A stretch of DNA of 61,280 bases, filler included, from Perkinsus olseni (Eukaryota): NCBI GenBank assembly GCA_013115125.1. It is 2 parts of 2 records of this genome, joined end to end, with 100 filler letters (N's around TTAATTAATTAA, not from the genome) between each part and the next. Parts side by side here need not be neighbours in the genome. Positions count along the whole stretch, not along the records: positions 1 to 30,636 come from JABANN010000419.1; positions 30,737 to 61,280 come from JABANN010000420.1. One strand, 5' to 3'. The position numbers were made by a program, and so were the translations under genes. The number at the start of each line of letters is the position of its first letter. Position 1 is the stretch's first letter. Positions 25,936-38,695 of this stretch are shown piece after piece. The notes under the pieces are model-generated. The model saw nothing but the letters and a program-made list of their open reading frames with translations, had not been told where the DNA came from and searched no databases.

Positions 25936-28055
25936 ATGCTGCGTGAGAGCCTCTTGGTGCTTCGTGACCTTTCGACAGCACCATGGTCGGTATTGTTAAC
26001 CTCTGGTCCCGTGTTAACTATATCGGTCATCCTCATCACAATTCTCCTCTTTTGTGCCCTCCACAAGCTGACGGTGCAGCAGAGGGTCCCCCACATAAGA
26101 GAGGTAAGCCGGAAACATGCAGGGCCGTCGTAGTAGTTGTCGTTTCAGGGTGATGGTTCGGACAACACCCGGAGCGAGGAGAAGTCGAAGGAGCATCCCT
26201 CTCGGTATCCGGCGGTGGACTATTGGCGAGGGATGTGCATCAGCTTCGTCGTTATGTACCACATGGTTGGCAACTTCCGTATCAATGGTCTGATACCCAG
26301 CGGTTTTCGAGGGGTAAATTATTCCGATCCCTGCCCTAAGTGGAACTACTTTACCTTTTTCCTTTACTACGTGGTATTCCAGACTACATGCCATCTGGGT
26401 AGGTTTGTGTCGCCCTATCTCCACTACATCTTGTAAGCTACCAGCATCAGCCTCAGCCTCTGGGCCACTGAAGCACGCTGATGGCATCAGGTTCACCCCT
26501 TGCACTGTGTACTGCATTTGTTTGTGGTGGCGGGAGAGTCAAGTCGCTGGTGTGGCGATGCTCCAAGTGTGTGTTGGTCTATCCCAAGCCCTGGCCAACA
26601 GAGGACGGGTTATCAGATGGAAGGGTGTCATCCATCGCACGATCAAGCTGGCTCTATTCGCCGCCATGCTCAGCGCTTACACGTGAGGGCTCAGGGGCTG
26701 CTCAATAAACTGACTCTGGAACTCAGAATGGATTCTGGAACCGTATTTTAAGAGTGAAGATCAATCCCAGAATCGATTCTCAGTTTTGAGAATTTGCTGA
26801 GAACCGAGCAGAGGGTTACTGTTCTGGTCCTGGCACCGTCTCTGTTGCGTAGATTCTATCGCTTTCCTGAGTCCCCCATTGTTTTCGGAGCCCTCCACTG
26901 TATCTGTCTCAACAGTCTGCTCTGTCTACCCTTCGTGAAGGTACTGCCTTTCTGTGCTGCCATCACTGCCTAGCTCCTCCCTGTCAGTACCCTCACCTCG
27001 CCCTGCCTGGTTTCCTGTTCTGCCAACTCTATACCATGCTCATCGGTACTTTTCCCTTGGAAGTTGACATCGATCGTCCCTCCCTGGACGTCATGCCGTG
27101 GTGAGTGTTATCTCATCATCATCCATCAGCTCCTCACAGGTGTCTACTTCAGGTTCAGCAATCTCGGATTCTGCTTGCTGGGGGTCTGGCTGCACGACCG
27201 TCAAGTTCACACCATCGAGTCTCTGCGCCTCTTCCCCTTCCGAACCCGAGTTCCATTCGAAGAGTCTGTTTTCTGCACGCTCGGCCGATGGGTAAGCCGC
27301 GCATTCGCTTCTACCAGTATTGGAGAATTCGGGCCCGTCGTTGGGTATATGGCTGATGCAAGAGTAGCCGTTGGAGCGAACTCGAACTAGCTCTCGATAT
27401 CGATCAGTCTGGACTAGAGGAGTGGGTAGTCTAATTTAGTCAACCGGGTGTACTTTAACGAATACTTTGCACCAGCGTTCCCTGTAACAATCCGCTCTCC
27501 CTTCCGCCCGCCCTAAGACCAACTATCGCACTTTTCCGCGCCCATATTCCCACATCTGACGTAACGAAGACATACAGTAGAGTCCACCTAGGCGCGTGGC
27601 ACCCACGTGCGGGTTGCGCGTGCGTGCGTACGCACTCACAATGGGCCGTCTCCCTTGAATCGTTCCATAACTCACTCTCTTGGACATCGTCGGATTCTCG
27701 CGCTCCTGAATGCCTTGTGTTTCTCAATAAACCGCTCTATTCAAGTGGCTGTGCATACGCAAAGCTGCTGGAAAGTTGAGTACTGTTGTGGCGAGTGTCT
27801 GGATCATAACGCATCGGGTAAATGGTCGAAATGGCGATCATAACTGCATGCCCCCTTCTCCAGCTGGAACGAGGCGACCCACAGACTGGTTGTCAGGAAG
27901 ATGGGAAATGATCAGGGGCGCTCGTCATGAACTCCTTCAACACGGGTTTTCACTTCTTCTTATTTCAGTCGTTGGTGGTGTACCTCTGCCATGAGATGGT
28001 ATTCGTGCCTTTGACCCTTGCAGTGAAGCAGTGGAAACCCCAAGCGGTGGTATGA
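25936..28055 (+). CDS. DUF1624 / heparan-alpha-glucosaminide N-acetyltransferase-like membrane acyltransferase, copy 1
   Basis: RYPAVDYWRGMCISFVVMYH, VCVGLSQAL, FGALHCICLNSLL, CTLGRW|SLVVYLCHE. Last intron 27292-27968. Stop TGA at 28053-28055. Confidence 0.82.
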
Positions 28056-28280
28056 TGGCGATGTGAAGTTTCTCTTGATCGTTCCGCTCAAGTTTACTAT
28101 TTTTTATTTCTTATTTGATCACTAGCAACGATGAAGTTAACTTTCTGATTATTATTTCCCTTCTGGCACTTTAGTTGGTGAAATTGTGGTACCCGCCAGA
28201 CTGAGGAGGCTATCACACTCCTGCTGCTGCTGCTGTCAGCCCGTCGCCTTAGACACGTTCTGGGCAGGGTTTTCTTACCA

Positions 28281-29643
28281 ATGAGCGCTCCTATCAACAG
28301 TCTCTCTTCGGACTTGGGCGTCCTGATGATAGCGGGCTGCACGATGACTGCCAGCCTCAGTCTGGTGCATTGGCTGTCCATGGACGAGAGGGCGCGGTTT
28401 AAGCGTGCCTGGACTGACTACGAGCAGGTCAGGGTCAGCCGTGGTCGCTCAGTAGATGCGCACGATTATTTTTTTCTTCAGATTCCGGCAAGAGAAGGTA
28501 TGGAAGAGGAGATGAGCGTCCTGGGTGAAGAGGACTCGAAGAGACGGCGAGGTCGGCCAAAGCCTCGGGCGCCTTTCATCGACTTCCTGCGGGGGCTCAG
28601 TCTGGCCTTTATCGTATCCTTCCACTTTATGTGGGACCTCCGTGAGTTTCACTTTCTTCCGCACGCCCCCCCGCTGGACAAGGCCGGGGGATTGCCAATA
28701 AGAAATTACCTATTTTTTATCGTCTACTTTGCCATCTCCTTCACCTCCTGCATCGTCGCCTGCCTCTACTCGCCGTACCTGGGCTATGCAGTGTGAGTGG
28801 GTGGTATCCAGACGTCCGTGAAGTACCATGGTCAGCCTTAGATACGCTCCCATGGTCACGTACTGCATCTACAGTATGTGGTGGGAGTCGCAAGTGTCGG
28901 GTGTATGTCTGATAATGATATGCCTTGGGATGTCCCAGGCGCTGGTACATCGAAATGGTGTAGTCTGGAAGGAAGTCCTCACCAGGGCCGCCAGGCTGAG
29001 CGCCCTTGCGGCACTCATCACTGCGCTCTCGTGAGAGGACTTAAGCGAGCGTCCTCTGTGTTCCGATGCTTCCTTTGGCAGGCTGTGGTTCACTCCCAAT
29101 CAGTGGGTTTACTTCGGCGCGGTGCACTGTCTCTGCCTCAACAGTCTGCTTACAGTTCCCTTTGCGAGGGTGAGTTCCTCTCCCCTACTCATTTCAGAAT
29201 TGCCATTACTTTATCTGTGCTTTAGCGACCCCAGGCGGCCCTGCTTGGCTTCCTATTCATACAGTCCTACACCATGGCCTTCGGAGCATGCCCACTCGAA
29301 GTACCGCTCGACTGGCCCACCCTTGATGTCATGCCTTGGTAGAACTCTTGTTCCCATCCGATACCGGGTTCGCACCTGCCGCCCCTTTGTAGGTTCCACA
29401 ACTTCGGTTACTGTCTACTGGGTGTGTGGCTTTACAGCAAGGGCCTCCACAAGTTGGCCTCGATCAGCGTGATACCAGGGACCCGTGTTTACTTAGAAGA
29501 CACCGTTCTCACTACATTCGGCCGACATGTGAGTCACCGGTTGCCCATGCTATGCGCCACTGTTGTTGTCTCAGTCCCTCATAATTTACCTGCTCCATCA
29601 AGGTCTACTGTTTCCAATCGTATACGGCGTCTCTCTGCTATAG
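28281..29643 (+). CDS. DUF1624 / HGSNAT-like membrane acyltransferase, copy 2
   Basis: PFIDFLRGLSLAFIVSFHFMWDL, CLGMSQAL, FGAVHCLCLNSLL, DVMPWFHNFG, FGRH|SLIIYLLHQ. Stop TAG at 29641-29643. Confidence 0.88.
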
Positions 29644-29989
29644 GCTGACATCCTTGCTTGTCGTGTTCCCTTATATTATGATAATGCAGCGGAAGTATGG
29701 TAGGGTTGTGTTGTGAGTGAGAGTAACTTGTTCGGTATGCCAGCTCGGACTGTAACGTTCTCATGTAACGAGAATTTGATCTATGCTCCAATCCACATCC
29801 TCGCTATCGCTGAGGGCTTCCTCTCTCGTCACTGCTGACAACGTCTTTTGATGGTGCTGCTCCTCTGCTCCCCGTCGTTAGCCCAGCCCGTAGTCTTAGT
29901 GTTTTGACACCTGAAGTGCTCTCAAGTCAGTTGATACCGCTTTGTATGGGAAAGAGCATTTGAGTAGTTTGTTGTAGAACTTTTTACAC

Positions 29990-30636
29990 ATGCCGTTCGC
30001 GGACTTGGAGTTCTTGGACCCCACCACATACATGGGGACAGCTGTGTGGGAGAATTTCTCCCTTCCCTCTGTCAAGTCAGCTCTCGTTCTAACAGCCCTT
30101 GGTTCGGTCATCTCCTGCGGTCTTTGTACCTTTCACTGTCTCACACGGAGAGAACGAGCAGCTCATAAGGCGGCACATGAAGGCTTCGACGAGGTGTCGA
30201 ACATTGAGAAGGGGCAGGCTGCCGCTGATGATGGTAGCGATGTGGTTGTTGGCGATGGTGGAAGGGTGGTAGCCAAACCGAGGTATCCAGCAGTGGACTA
30301 CCTCAGAGGCCTGTGTCTGATGTTCATTGTCACATTTCATTTATTGTGGGCCCTTGCCGATTTTGGTCTCCTACCCGGCTTTCCTGCGAAAGTCTCCTTC
30401 AACCTGCCCGTATCCAACTACGTCTATTTCGCTGCCTTCTATAGCGTGTCATTCACATGGGCGAATCTTCTATTCATATTCATCCACCCATACCTCTACT
30501 ATCTGATGTGAGGCTGTGCAGCTCTATCATCGCGCTATCCGTGCTTCGACCTCAGGTTCTCACTCGCTACACTACTATGCATCTACATACTGTGTTGGGA
30601 ATCGGAGATATCGGGAGTATGCCTGATAATGCTATG
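29990..30636 (+). CDS. DUF1624 / HGSNAT-like acyltransferase, copy 3 (5' part, runs into assembly gap)
   Basis: RYPAVDYLRGLCLMFIVTFHLLWALADFG. The exon after the intron (CIYILCWESEISGVCLIML) parallels copies 1-2. Confidence 0.82.
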
Positions 30637-30736
30637 NNNNNNNNNNNNNNNNNNNNNNNNNNNNNNNNNNNNNNNNNNNNTTAATTAATTAANNNNNNNN
30701 NNNNNNNNNNNNNNNNNNNNNNNNNNNNNNNNNNNN
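30637..30736. other. Assembly gap with artificial six-frame-stop linker TTAATTAATTAA
   Basis: N-run, TTAATTAATTAA (30681-30692), N-run. Confidence 0.95.
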
Positions 30737-31247
30737 TACAGCTAATGTAGAATGCTGAAGAATCATAAGGTAACAAGTTGGTACCATACTAAGTCCGCGT
30801 ACAGCAACAAAAACGTATATGCTCCAACTTTCAGCCTTATTCGCTTCCATACCGTGGAGAAAGTGGGGCCAGACTGAGAGCAATGTGGCTTCTATCACTA
30901 TCAAGTTTGCTGGCTCGAGCCCATAGATGGCGCGTATGGCTCAGTCAGTCAATCCCTATTTCTGGATCGAAACCCGCTCCTCGAGTGACCGGCGTTGCTA
31001 CGCAGTACACGGCTTCCGTCAGCAGTTGACCCTTTCTTGCGTTGTACGAGTGCATCACTCAAATCTTTCGCACTATAGTGGCATCGGTTATGCCATGTTA
31101 GCGTTGTTCACGAGGGCCGGAGCTCACTCGGAGCCTAGGAAACTCGCTGCGGCAGCGACGCTGCCGGACGGAGCATCGGAACGCGCACGTCATCGCCGAA
31201 GATATGTTGCTATACTTCCTTTGGGTATTTGACGTTGATAATCCTCT

Positions 31248-31820
31248 ATGACCCAAACTAAGCCGTTCAGTATCAGAGAGAAGGCTGAGTTCAATCAGTA
31301 CTGGTACTCTCGCAAGACCATTGAAACTCTTGTGGATGAAGTACTACACCTACAGCAGCGTCTGAAGCCGGATGGCCCCCTACGTGTTGCCTGCCTCTCG
31401 ACACCCAGTGTCTACTTCGCCCTAACAGCTGCACCGGAAGTCTCAGACAAGCTGGAATGCTGGCTTTTCGACTTCGACCCGCATCTCCTGCAGGGGGAGA
31501 GGTGTGTTAAGTTCGACTACCACGAGCCCAAGAATGTGCCAGTCGATCTGTGCCACACTTTCGACTGCGTCTTGATCGATCCCCCCTTCATAACAAAGGA
31601 GGTTTGGGAGTATTATGCGATAACGGCAAAGTTGTTAGCTGCAAGTGGCTGCCACTTCATCGGCTCGAGCGTCCGCGAGAACGGCGAGCTTCTCCACGAA
31701 CTACTTGATATGATATCTGTACCTTTTCAACCATCGATCCCTAATCTCGTGTATCAGTATGACTTCTTCACCAACTACCCTCCGGAGGGCCCATTTAGGC
31801 ATGTCAACAGTGAGGTGTAG
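31248..31820 (+). CDS. EEF1AKMT1: EEF1A lysine methyltransferase 1 / N6AMT2 family, intronless
   Basis: EFNQYWYS, VACLSTPSVY, LFDFD, FDY..P, IDPPF and FQPSIPNL motifs in a 190-aa ORF. Confidence 0.9.
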   Translation: MTQTKPFSIREKAEFNQYWYSRKTIETLVDEVLHLQQRLKPDGPLRVACLSTPSVYFALTAAPEVSDKLECWLFDFDPHLLQGERCVKFDYHEPKNVPVDLCHTFDCVLIDPPFITKEVWEYYAITAKLLAASGCHFIGSSVRENGELLHELLDMISVPFQPSIPNLVYQYDFFTNYPPEGPFRHVNSEV

Positions 31821-33084
31821 CATGGCGATGTTGGAGAATGATTCCAGTATGAATCACGGCATCCATGTTCTGGGATGGGGTTATTTTGCTCCGCACTAGA
31901 GATATAGAGTTAGCTTGCGGCCACCTCTCACGCTTTGGACAGAACGCGGTCCATCGCTTATAGAGTGGCTCTCACTGCGTGCATTCGCATGTCGAACAAG
32001 TCATGGAAGGCGTAAGCAGGGGAGTGACTCCAAGTTGATCCATTTGTTGGAGATGAGAAACTCGCTTCAGCTCGGAGACCTCAAGAGCTACCCTCCATCC
32101 AGACGACTCCTATAAAATGGTACGAAGGATTTAGGATATTGCCACTCATTGCGCGCCGATCATCTTATGCATGCGTGCATAGCTAATACGCCCGCCCCGC
32201 CCAAATAGATCCAAGTAGAAGACTTTACACTCCTCCTCGCCTTGCGTTGACTATGAGCCACAACGGAGAAGCAACAGCTATCAAGGATGATGGACCGACA
32301 TAGCGGCTATGTGCCTCAGCTCCAGAGCTCGAAGTCAACGAACGACGGTGTAAGGATGTCACCCGCCAGGCCGCTCGAAGCAGCTGATAAGGGGGGGGGG
32401 GGTCAAAACCACCCTACCAGGGGCTGTATATTGTTGCATGCACTGCCAGTGTCGGTGCTTGGCCCCACACACGGGCGCGTTCCATTCGAAAATAGCACAC
32501 TAGAAATCAGTACCTGAATGGAGTACCCGATCCCCAAGAGTATCGGATTATTCACCGCCGGTCTGTGTGATTGTGCAGGCCAACAACTACGGAACCTTGA
32601 CGCTAATGAACATCTTTATCAGGGCTGTTGATGGTTGAGTCGCAGGATTTCACTAACCACTCACCGCTTGGTGACAGTCTGCCTCGGGCGGAGACAGACC
32701 GTGCCTTCGCCAACGGGATGGTTCTCTATCTACAAGCGTAACAATAAGGGACGGCAAGTTCGACAAATCGTTCTGGATCGGTCAGGTGGCCAGCTCGGAC
32801 ACGTGGGTACTGTCTTTAATATGCATTCCAGTAGACACAGTAGAGTTCACTCAGTGAACTCCACTGTGTCTACTGGTGAACTAACTGCAGTGAACTCCAC
32901 TGGCGGGATCCAAAAACACTAGTAAGCTGCGCGTGCGTGCGGCTAGTGCCACCCGTAACTGGCTAATGCGCAACTGGTTCTCATCGTGGGGCACCAGAGG
33001 CTGGAGCTCGATTCACGCTGCGGTGTGACTCATCCATTTGGACGTCAATGGGGCAATCTCCTCGACAACAACGTGGTCATAACG

Positions 33085-33823
33085 ATGTGTCTTCTCTTCG
33101 TCGGCCTCCTCTTGGTCTTCCTCGTGAAAGCTGAGGACGTTGCATTCATCACCTCGGAGTCGCTACCTAAGTAGGTTTCTCGACGGAGCACGACGCCATT
33201 CAATCCTATCATTCAATCCTTTTAGGTTGACCAACCTGTCAGTCGCAGCCTACCCCACTCCTACCGGAAGTGAGCTTCGCTCCCGCTCGCCAGTACACTG
33301 CTGGTAGTGTGTTTCGCTTCCGCTCCTCTCCCCGCTGCAGGCTCATACAAGAAACCAACTGGCCTGTGCTATTACACGCCACCACAAGTCTACGGTTGCT
33401 CCTGTTACGACTCGGTGCCCGTTGTGTTGACCTATGTAAGCGGATCGTACTCACAGTAAAGACTGCGAATGTCCACAGTTCTTCTGCGTCGATGCTTCGT
33501 TGTCTCAGGCGGGGAATCCCATAGACGCTGTCTGTGCTCCCGCTGGCACCTATGCCGCCGATTGCCCCTATGGCCCGCCTGGGACTTTCCCGCAGTGTAT
33601 TAAGGGAGTATGCCTCCTCAGCTGCGAAAAGGTGAGCCCACTGGGGTCCTCACTGCCAAGGACCACCCGTGCTGGAAGAACTCGATGAGCATCGTGTACG
33701 CGTCGAAGGTTAATCGATACTCACTTTGCCGTTCAGGATTACACCTGTCCATGGCCGGGAAGGTGCGAAGCTACTACCGACTCAGGCGATCTGTGCTTCT
33801 TCCCACAATGGGCCGGGCAGTGA
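33085..33823 (+). CDS. Small secreted Cys-rich protein, family copy 1 (5 exons)
   Basis: MCLLFVGLLLVFLVKA signal; spliced YKKPTGLCYYTPPQVYGCSCYD...DAVCAP...DCPYGPPGTFPQCIKGVCLLSCEK|DYTCPWPGRCE...CFFPQWAGQ*. Confidence 0.85.
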
Positions 33824-34776
33824 CCCACTCAGAGAGCTCCCGAAGCCCGGCGAGTCTCGACAGCGATGAGCTGTTGAGGCTACAAGGAAAAGCGGGGATC
33901 TACTCTCCGTGTTTGGTTCAACTCCTACCTCTACCTGGTAGAGTCTACTATTTTAAATGCTCCATTTGATACTCCCAACTTCTCCACATCACTCTTTCAT
34001 TTGTCGATTGCTTGAGCACCTTCATTATCTCTGGCGTCTTTCATTACTTGACGAAGGAGAAGAATCAAATGAGTGTCCGTAATTGTGCCGTTAGCCTTGC
34101 TTGATAGGGTCACTTTCTACGTACGATGAGGGGGCTATGGCTAGGGGGTTCGAGTACTATTTCCCAGCCGGTCTCCCGCCGGTAACTGGCTCTCCTGCTC
34201 TCCGCAAGAGTCTCCACGAGGCTGCCCGCGGTCTGTCAAGAGTCTCAGGCTGGGCCTCCCAGTCGCCCTACACGGGGAGGAGCGTCGACGATGTGTCAAT
34301 GCTCGTCGGCTCACGGTTCTCCGATAACCGACTGAGTGAGGAAGGCCCGATTGATACCAGGAGCATAGATGAACGGGTGGATAATGCCAGCTCATGAAAT
34401 GCTCGTCACCCCGCCCGTAGTCGTTGTCTTCTATGCCTACTTATAGTAGGCTACTACGCTCGGGTCAGCTTTGAAGACTTCAAAGCATGAGCATAAGCTA
34501 CGCTTACGTTATCGGGTAACCCATCAGCATGTGCAGTGCGTTCGACGGGCTGAATCGTAGTTTTTGGTATCAGGCCGATTCCGTTGACGTCATAGCAGCT
34601 GCTCATTCTCGTGGGAACCCTTAGCTAATCCGAATGTCCGGCGGCTACAGCTGCCTTGAGACTTTCGTGCGCAATGCAAACCCGTTCACAAACATCATCA
34701 TGATAAACTTTATGTCATTCTTGCGGAAGTGATATCTCATTTTCTCTTACATGCTGATAAGGAGCGATCTGTACTC

Positions 34777-35661
34777 TTAAAGGGCACGATAAATCCTGAT
34801 CTCGCCTTGCTCCGTCGCATAGATGCGAAATTTTTCTGCATCCGGACCGTGCGTAGTCTCCGCTCCGGTGGCTTCAGGATGGTCGTTAGTCGGGAAGATC
34901 TCTTCGAGTGAGAGTTCCCGAAAGGGAGAGGCCGGTCGAGAGAGTGACTCGAGAGTTATCCTGTATTCAGCGTTTCTTTTCCGGCTCAGTGATGGGGATT
35001 CCCTCCGTGCTTGACTGGAAGCCTGAGGAGCTCCGCGTTGACGAGCCCTCTGATTAGCGGTGGGGCCTCGTCCCAGGGTCGGTGGTTGTCGATCTCGAAC
35101 TGCCTGGCCGGTAGCCTCATCTCGCACCATAGTGAAGAAGTTGAAGTAGGATTCATCGTATCCGGATGTTGTCCTCTTCCCGTTGTGAAAGCCCATAGTT
35201 ACGGTATCGTCTTTGTTCTGGCATATGAGAGTGTTGCCGACCTTGGCGTTGTGGAAATCTTTAGGGAAGGCCTTGTTTACCTCCTTCATCTGCTTGGTGG
35301 GGTGCATGGTTAGAGAATGGGCCTCGCTACCAGACATCCTCCAACAGCTTCTCATGAGCTCCTCAGTGATCGGATTGAATTTCCGAGAGCTTCTCTGCGC
35401 TAGGATATTCTGGACAGGATAGGAGATGCCTGCTAGATCAGTGAAGCTGAGCGCGACAACGCGGGTCGTTTTAAGGGTTCCCTTCTCGATAGTAACCCGC
35501 AGATCTTTGAGGTCGGTTGTCTTCTTATCCGAGTCGGCGACCTTGTAGTGACCCGGTTCTAACAGAGGTGGTATGGGGTAGTTGACCGTGGCGGCGACAA
35601 GGGAGAGCAGTGCAGCCTCCGCGAGCATGGCCAGAAAGGTGTTAAAGATGACGCCAGGCAT
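34777..35661 (-). CDS. Intronless hypothetical secreted protein
   Basis: Long ORF. ATG at 35661 gives a hydrophobic leader MPGVIFNTFLAMLAEAALLSLVAA followed by PLLEPGHYK. No family recognised. Confidence 0.65.
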   Translation of the reverse strand: MPGVIFNTFLAMLAEAALLSLVAATVNYPIPPLLEPGHYKVADSDKKTTDLKDLRVTIEKGTLKTTRVVALSFTDLAGISYPVQNILAQRSSRKFNPITEELMRSCWRMSGSEAHSLTMHPTKQMKEVNKAFPKDFHNAKVGNTLICQNKDDTVTMGFHNGKRTTSGYDESYFNFFTMVRDEATGQAVRDRQPPTLGRGPTANQRARQRGAPQASSQARRESPSLSRKRNAEYRITLESLSRPASPFRELSLEEIFPTNDHPEATGAETTHGPDAEKFRIYATEQGEIRIYRAL

Positions 35662-36461
35662 GGAGTAGCTTCGTGGAAAACTGCAGTCACAACAACTACG
35701 AAGGCTGGAAATCGGGATGAGACACCGCTCGTTTCGCTCGTCTTCAATCGATTCCGCTAAGTCGGGCGGCATCCACTGGTGCTCAAAACGTCCACCCGTA
35801 GCGCGGGCTCAAGACAAATCTTGGCCGTCTTTCGGCTGAAGATCGACGACTTCGTCCAATGACTCCTTCCTAACGACACGTCAGCGGATCTGCTCTCGGC
35901 ATTCAGAATCTCAATTTGAGATGGCATCCGCGCATCGTCCGCTTCCATCTGTCTGCAGAGGCGAGGGCCTCCTTTCCGAAGACTCTTGGCTTTTGGAAGC
36001 GATTCGGTGCTCTCCGTGTCCGATAGAGTCTACTCATTACCTGCAAGGATGCCGGATCACCGTGGAGATTGGATCATCCGCATGAAACACATACCCGACA
36101 GCCGACAGCGGCGGCTGTCACGGCGCCGGTGTCTCCCATCAACAAGCGCAACAAACTAGGAAAAAGACTTTTAGGCATGGCTACACCTGGAGGACGCCTT
36201 GGGCATAATAATCGTGAGCTTGGCTTGACGCCGCCGTCTTCCTCAGTAAACAAGACCAAGTACAGCCCCGGACTATGCCAATTTGCAGATGGTGCATGCG
36301 TACAGCAGGCTCCACCGATAAGGGCGCCATTGTGAGCGTCACGAGTCGTGACGCTCACAGTTCGTGACTCACGACTGAATTGCCATTTCGCTCATTAACT
36401 TCACGACGGAAAGTGACGCTTCACGCTTGTCCTGCTCGGTTGAAGTGGACATTCTTAAACA

Positions 36462-37187
36462 ATGATTCGCATCCTCGTCAAGCTACTCATCATGTTTTAC
36501 GTTCATGCTGAGAGCCACGTGCATATCCTTTCGGACCGCTTCCTCGAGTAAAACTCGAGATTTCAAGCCAATGAGTCGTTCTGAATTCGTTCTTCAGGCT
36601 GGCGGATTCAGCTGTCGGAGGTCGTCCCTCGCTACTAGCAGGTAAGCGCTACTCCCCCTCCCCGCCCCAAGTTGTGGCCTTTGCCTACCCCTGTTGTAGG
36701 GCCTTACGAGAAGCCGACGGGCCACTGCTTCTATGACCCGCCTGATTTAAAGGCTCACGGCTGCCTCTGTAATGCCTCTGAACCAATCCAGATCGTCGAG
36801 GTGAGTTGGTCATTTCTCGAAGCTGGCCCATGAGCATTAGCACCTTCTTCAGGGCAGAAGTACTGTCGACGCTGTCTGTGCGCCAACGCCTTGTTCTGAA
36901 TCAATCGAGTGCCCAGCGGGTCCTCGCGGCTCTCACCCGGTGTGCGCTCTCGGGAGTTGCTTTCTCAGCTGTCACAAAGTAATTTTCCCCGTCTACTCGC
37001 TCTATACCATCTTTTCCGATAATCGCCGTCTCGGCTCGTTGACTCAACGCGGTAGTCGAAGCGCATGCTGAGGATGATTCGAATCGAATCATTCGATATA
37101 TCCGTTCTCCTTCAGAATGACGACTGTCCTGAGCGTGGCGCATGCAAAGTCATCCACAAGATGGGGTTATGCTTCTTCCCATCATAG
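36462..37187 (+). CDS. Small secreted Cys-rich protein, family copy 2
   Basis: MIRILVKLLIMFYVHA; YEKPTGHCFYDPP..HGCLCN..DAVCAPTPCSESIECPAGPRGSHPVCALGSCFLSCHK|NDDCPERGAC..CFFPS*. Same intron positions as copy 1. Confidence 0.85.
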
Positions 37188-37656
37188 AATGGGGAATGCC
37201 TTTTTCAGAACACCTCATCAGCGCAGCGGTGGGACTGAACAGCGGCGAGCCATCAGTGGTAAAGTTTGATGCGACTCTTTAGAATCATCGTACTCTTTCC
37301 TCTAAATGGTAGAGTCTCCAATTCTCTGGTCGTTTCATCATAACATTTACCTTTTCACATTCATCCGACTTAAGTCCTCATACTTTCCCATTATATTCAA
37401 CTCGAGCGATAAGTTGTTCTTATTAACCTTACCATAGCTATTACTGAACTTGATTTCTCACTATGCTTGATATTAGACATGGTATCCATAAGGTTTCCTC
37501 TCGCCTTTCGTGTTCCCTGACCTTAAAGTTTGAGTGATCTCAGAATAACCGTTGTCGCAAAGGTCGCGACCTAAGAGCTGACTGTCGCTAGCTCTTATTC
37601 GAGAGCGCGGGGAGAAGAGCTGCGTGCACGCTCCAGGGTTCCCTCGGTCTTGTTCA

Positions 37657-38275
37657 ATGCGTATCGCTCATCTCTTACCGCTCGTCTACACCTGTCTTTC
37701 TGATGACAGCATTGCAGATTCCGAGGCGTAAGCTTGATGAGGTTGACGTTCATAAGTCCACATCCTTCCGCTCTGCAGGTCCGCCGAGTTCAGCGCTGCT
37801 GGTTACCCTGTGCCGGTCGGTGGTAAGCTCCTTGCCTGACTGATGGAAGCGATCACGTCTCGTTGTCTTAGGGGCCTATCAAAAACCCGTCGGTCTCTGC
37901 ACTGGGTTTTACTATCAGATCAGTGGTTGCTACTGCGACCACATGTCGGAGCCCGTCACCCTCACTAACGTAAATCTCACATAAGATGGAGCCGTCAATC
38001 ATTTGGTTGATTCAGGCTGGGTATTCGGTCGGAGCTATCTGTGCTCCGAAGTACTGTTCATCACAATTCGACTGCCCTGCCGGACCTCATGGCACAGTTC
38101 AAGTGTGTGCCAAAGGGAAATGCCACTTGGGCTGCCACAAGGTGAGCACTAGCCTGCCCCCGAGGCGTTCGAGAGTGATGATTGATTTCAGGATTACAAC
38201 TGTCCTTGGCCAGCCCGCTGCGAGCATGCACTTGAGCTTGGCGATGTTTGCTTCTACCCGCAGTGGCAAGACTGA
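37657..38275 (+). CDS. Small secreted Cys-rich protein, family copy 3
   Basis: MRIAHLLPLVYTCLS; YQKPVGLC..SGCYCD..GAICAPKYCSSQFDCPAGPHGTVQVCAKGKCHLGCHK|DYNCPWPARCE..CFYPQWQD*. Confidence 0.88.
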
Positions 38276-38695
38276 AGATCACCTTTCCTTACCGTTCATT
38301 CTTCGTGACGAGGGTTCTGTCAACTTCCGCAAATTGAGCCTCAGAGTTCTCTAATACCTGTTTTTCCGGCAATGCTGTCTAACAGATCCATGAGGTCTTT
38401 TCGATACCCTTTCCCATCCACGACCATCGCCGGCAGGCTCTATAACACTGCCGAGTGTTTTGGGCCTTTTGGCAAGCTCCAGAGGATATCTCGTCCCTGG
38501 CAGCCATGCCATTTTTTCTCTAGATTTATTTTAGCTTCTCTCCATCCGTGCTCACACCCTTCGGTTAGAGTATACTCAATGGTTCCTGCTGCTTGCTCCT
38601 CGCTTTTCTCTCCATAGGTTTCAGCACCCCGTCGCCGAGTGCAAATACCTTTTACAAAGGACGGATCCTCACGTGCAGGTTTTTTCTCCATCACC

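Noticed and set aside
30681-30692. TTAATTAATTAA palindrome between N-runs
   Set aside because: Artificial scaffold linker with stops in all frames.
8756-35813. Other partial spliced-leader-like matches (TAGCCATCTTGG at 8761; CCGTAGC..GGCTCAAG at 35796)
   Set aside because: Short or gapped matches in the wrong context or orientation, compatible with chance.
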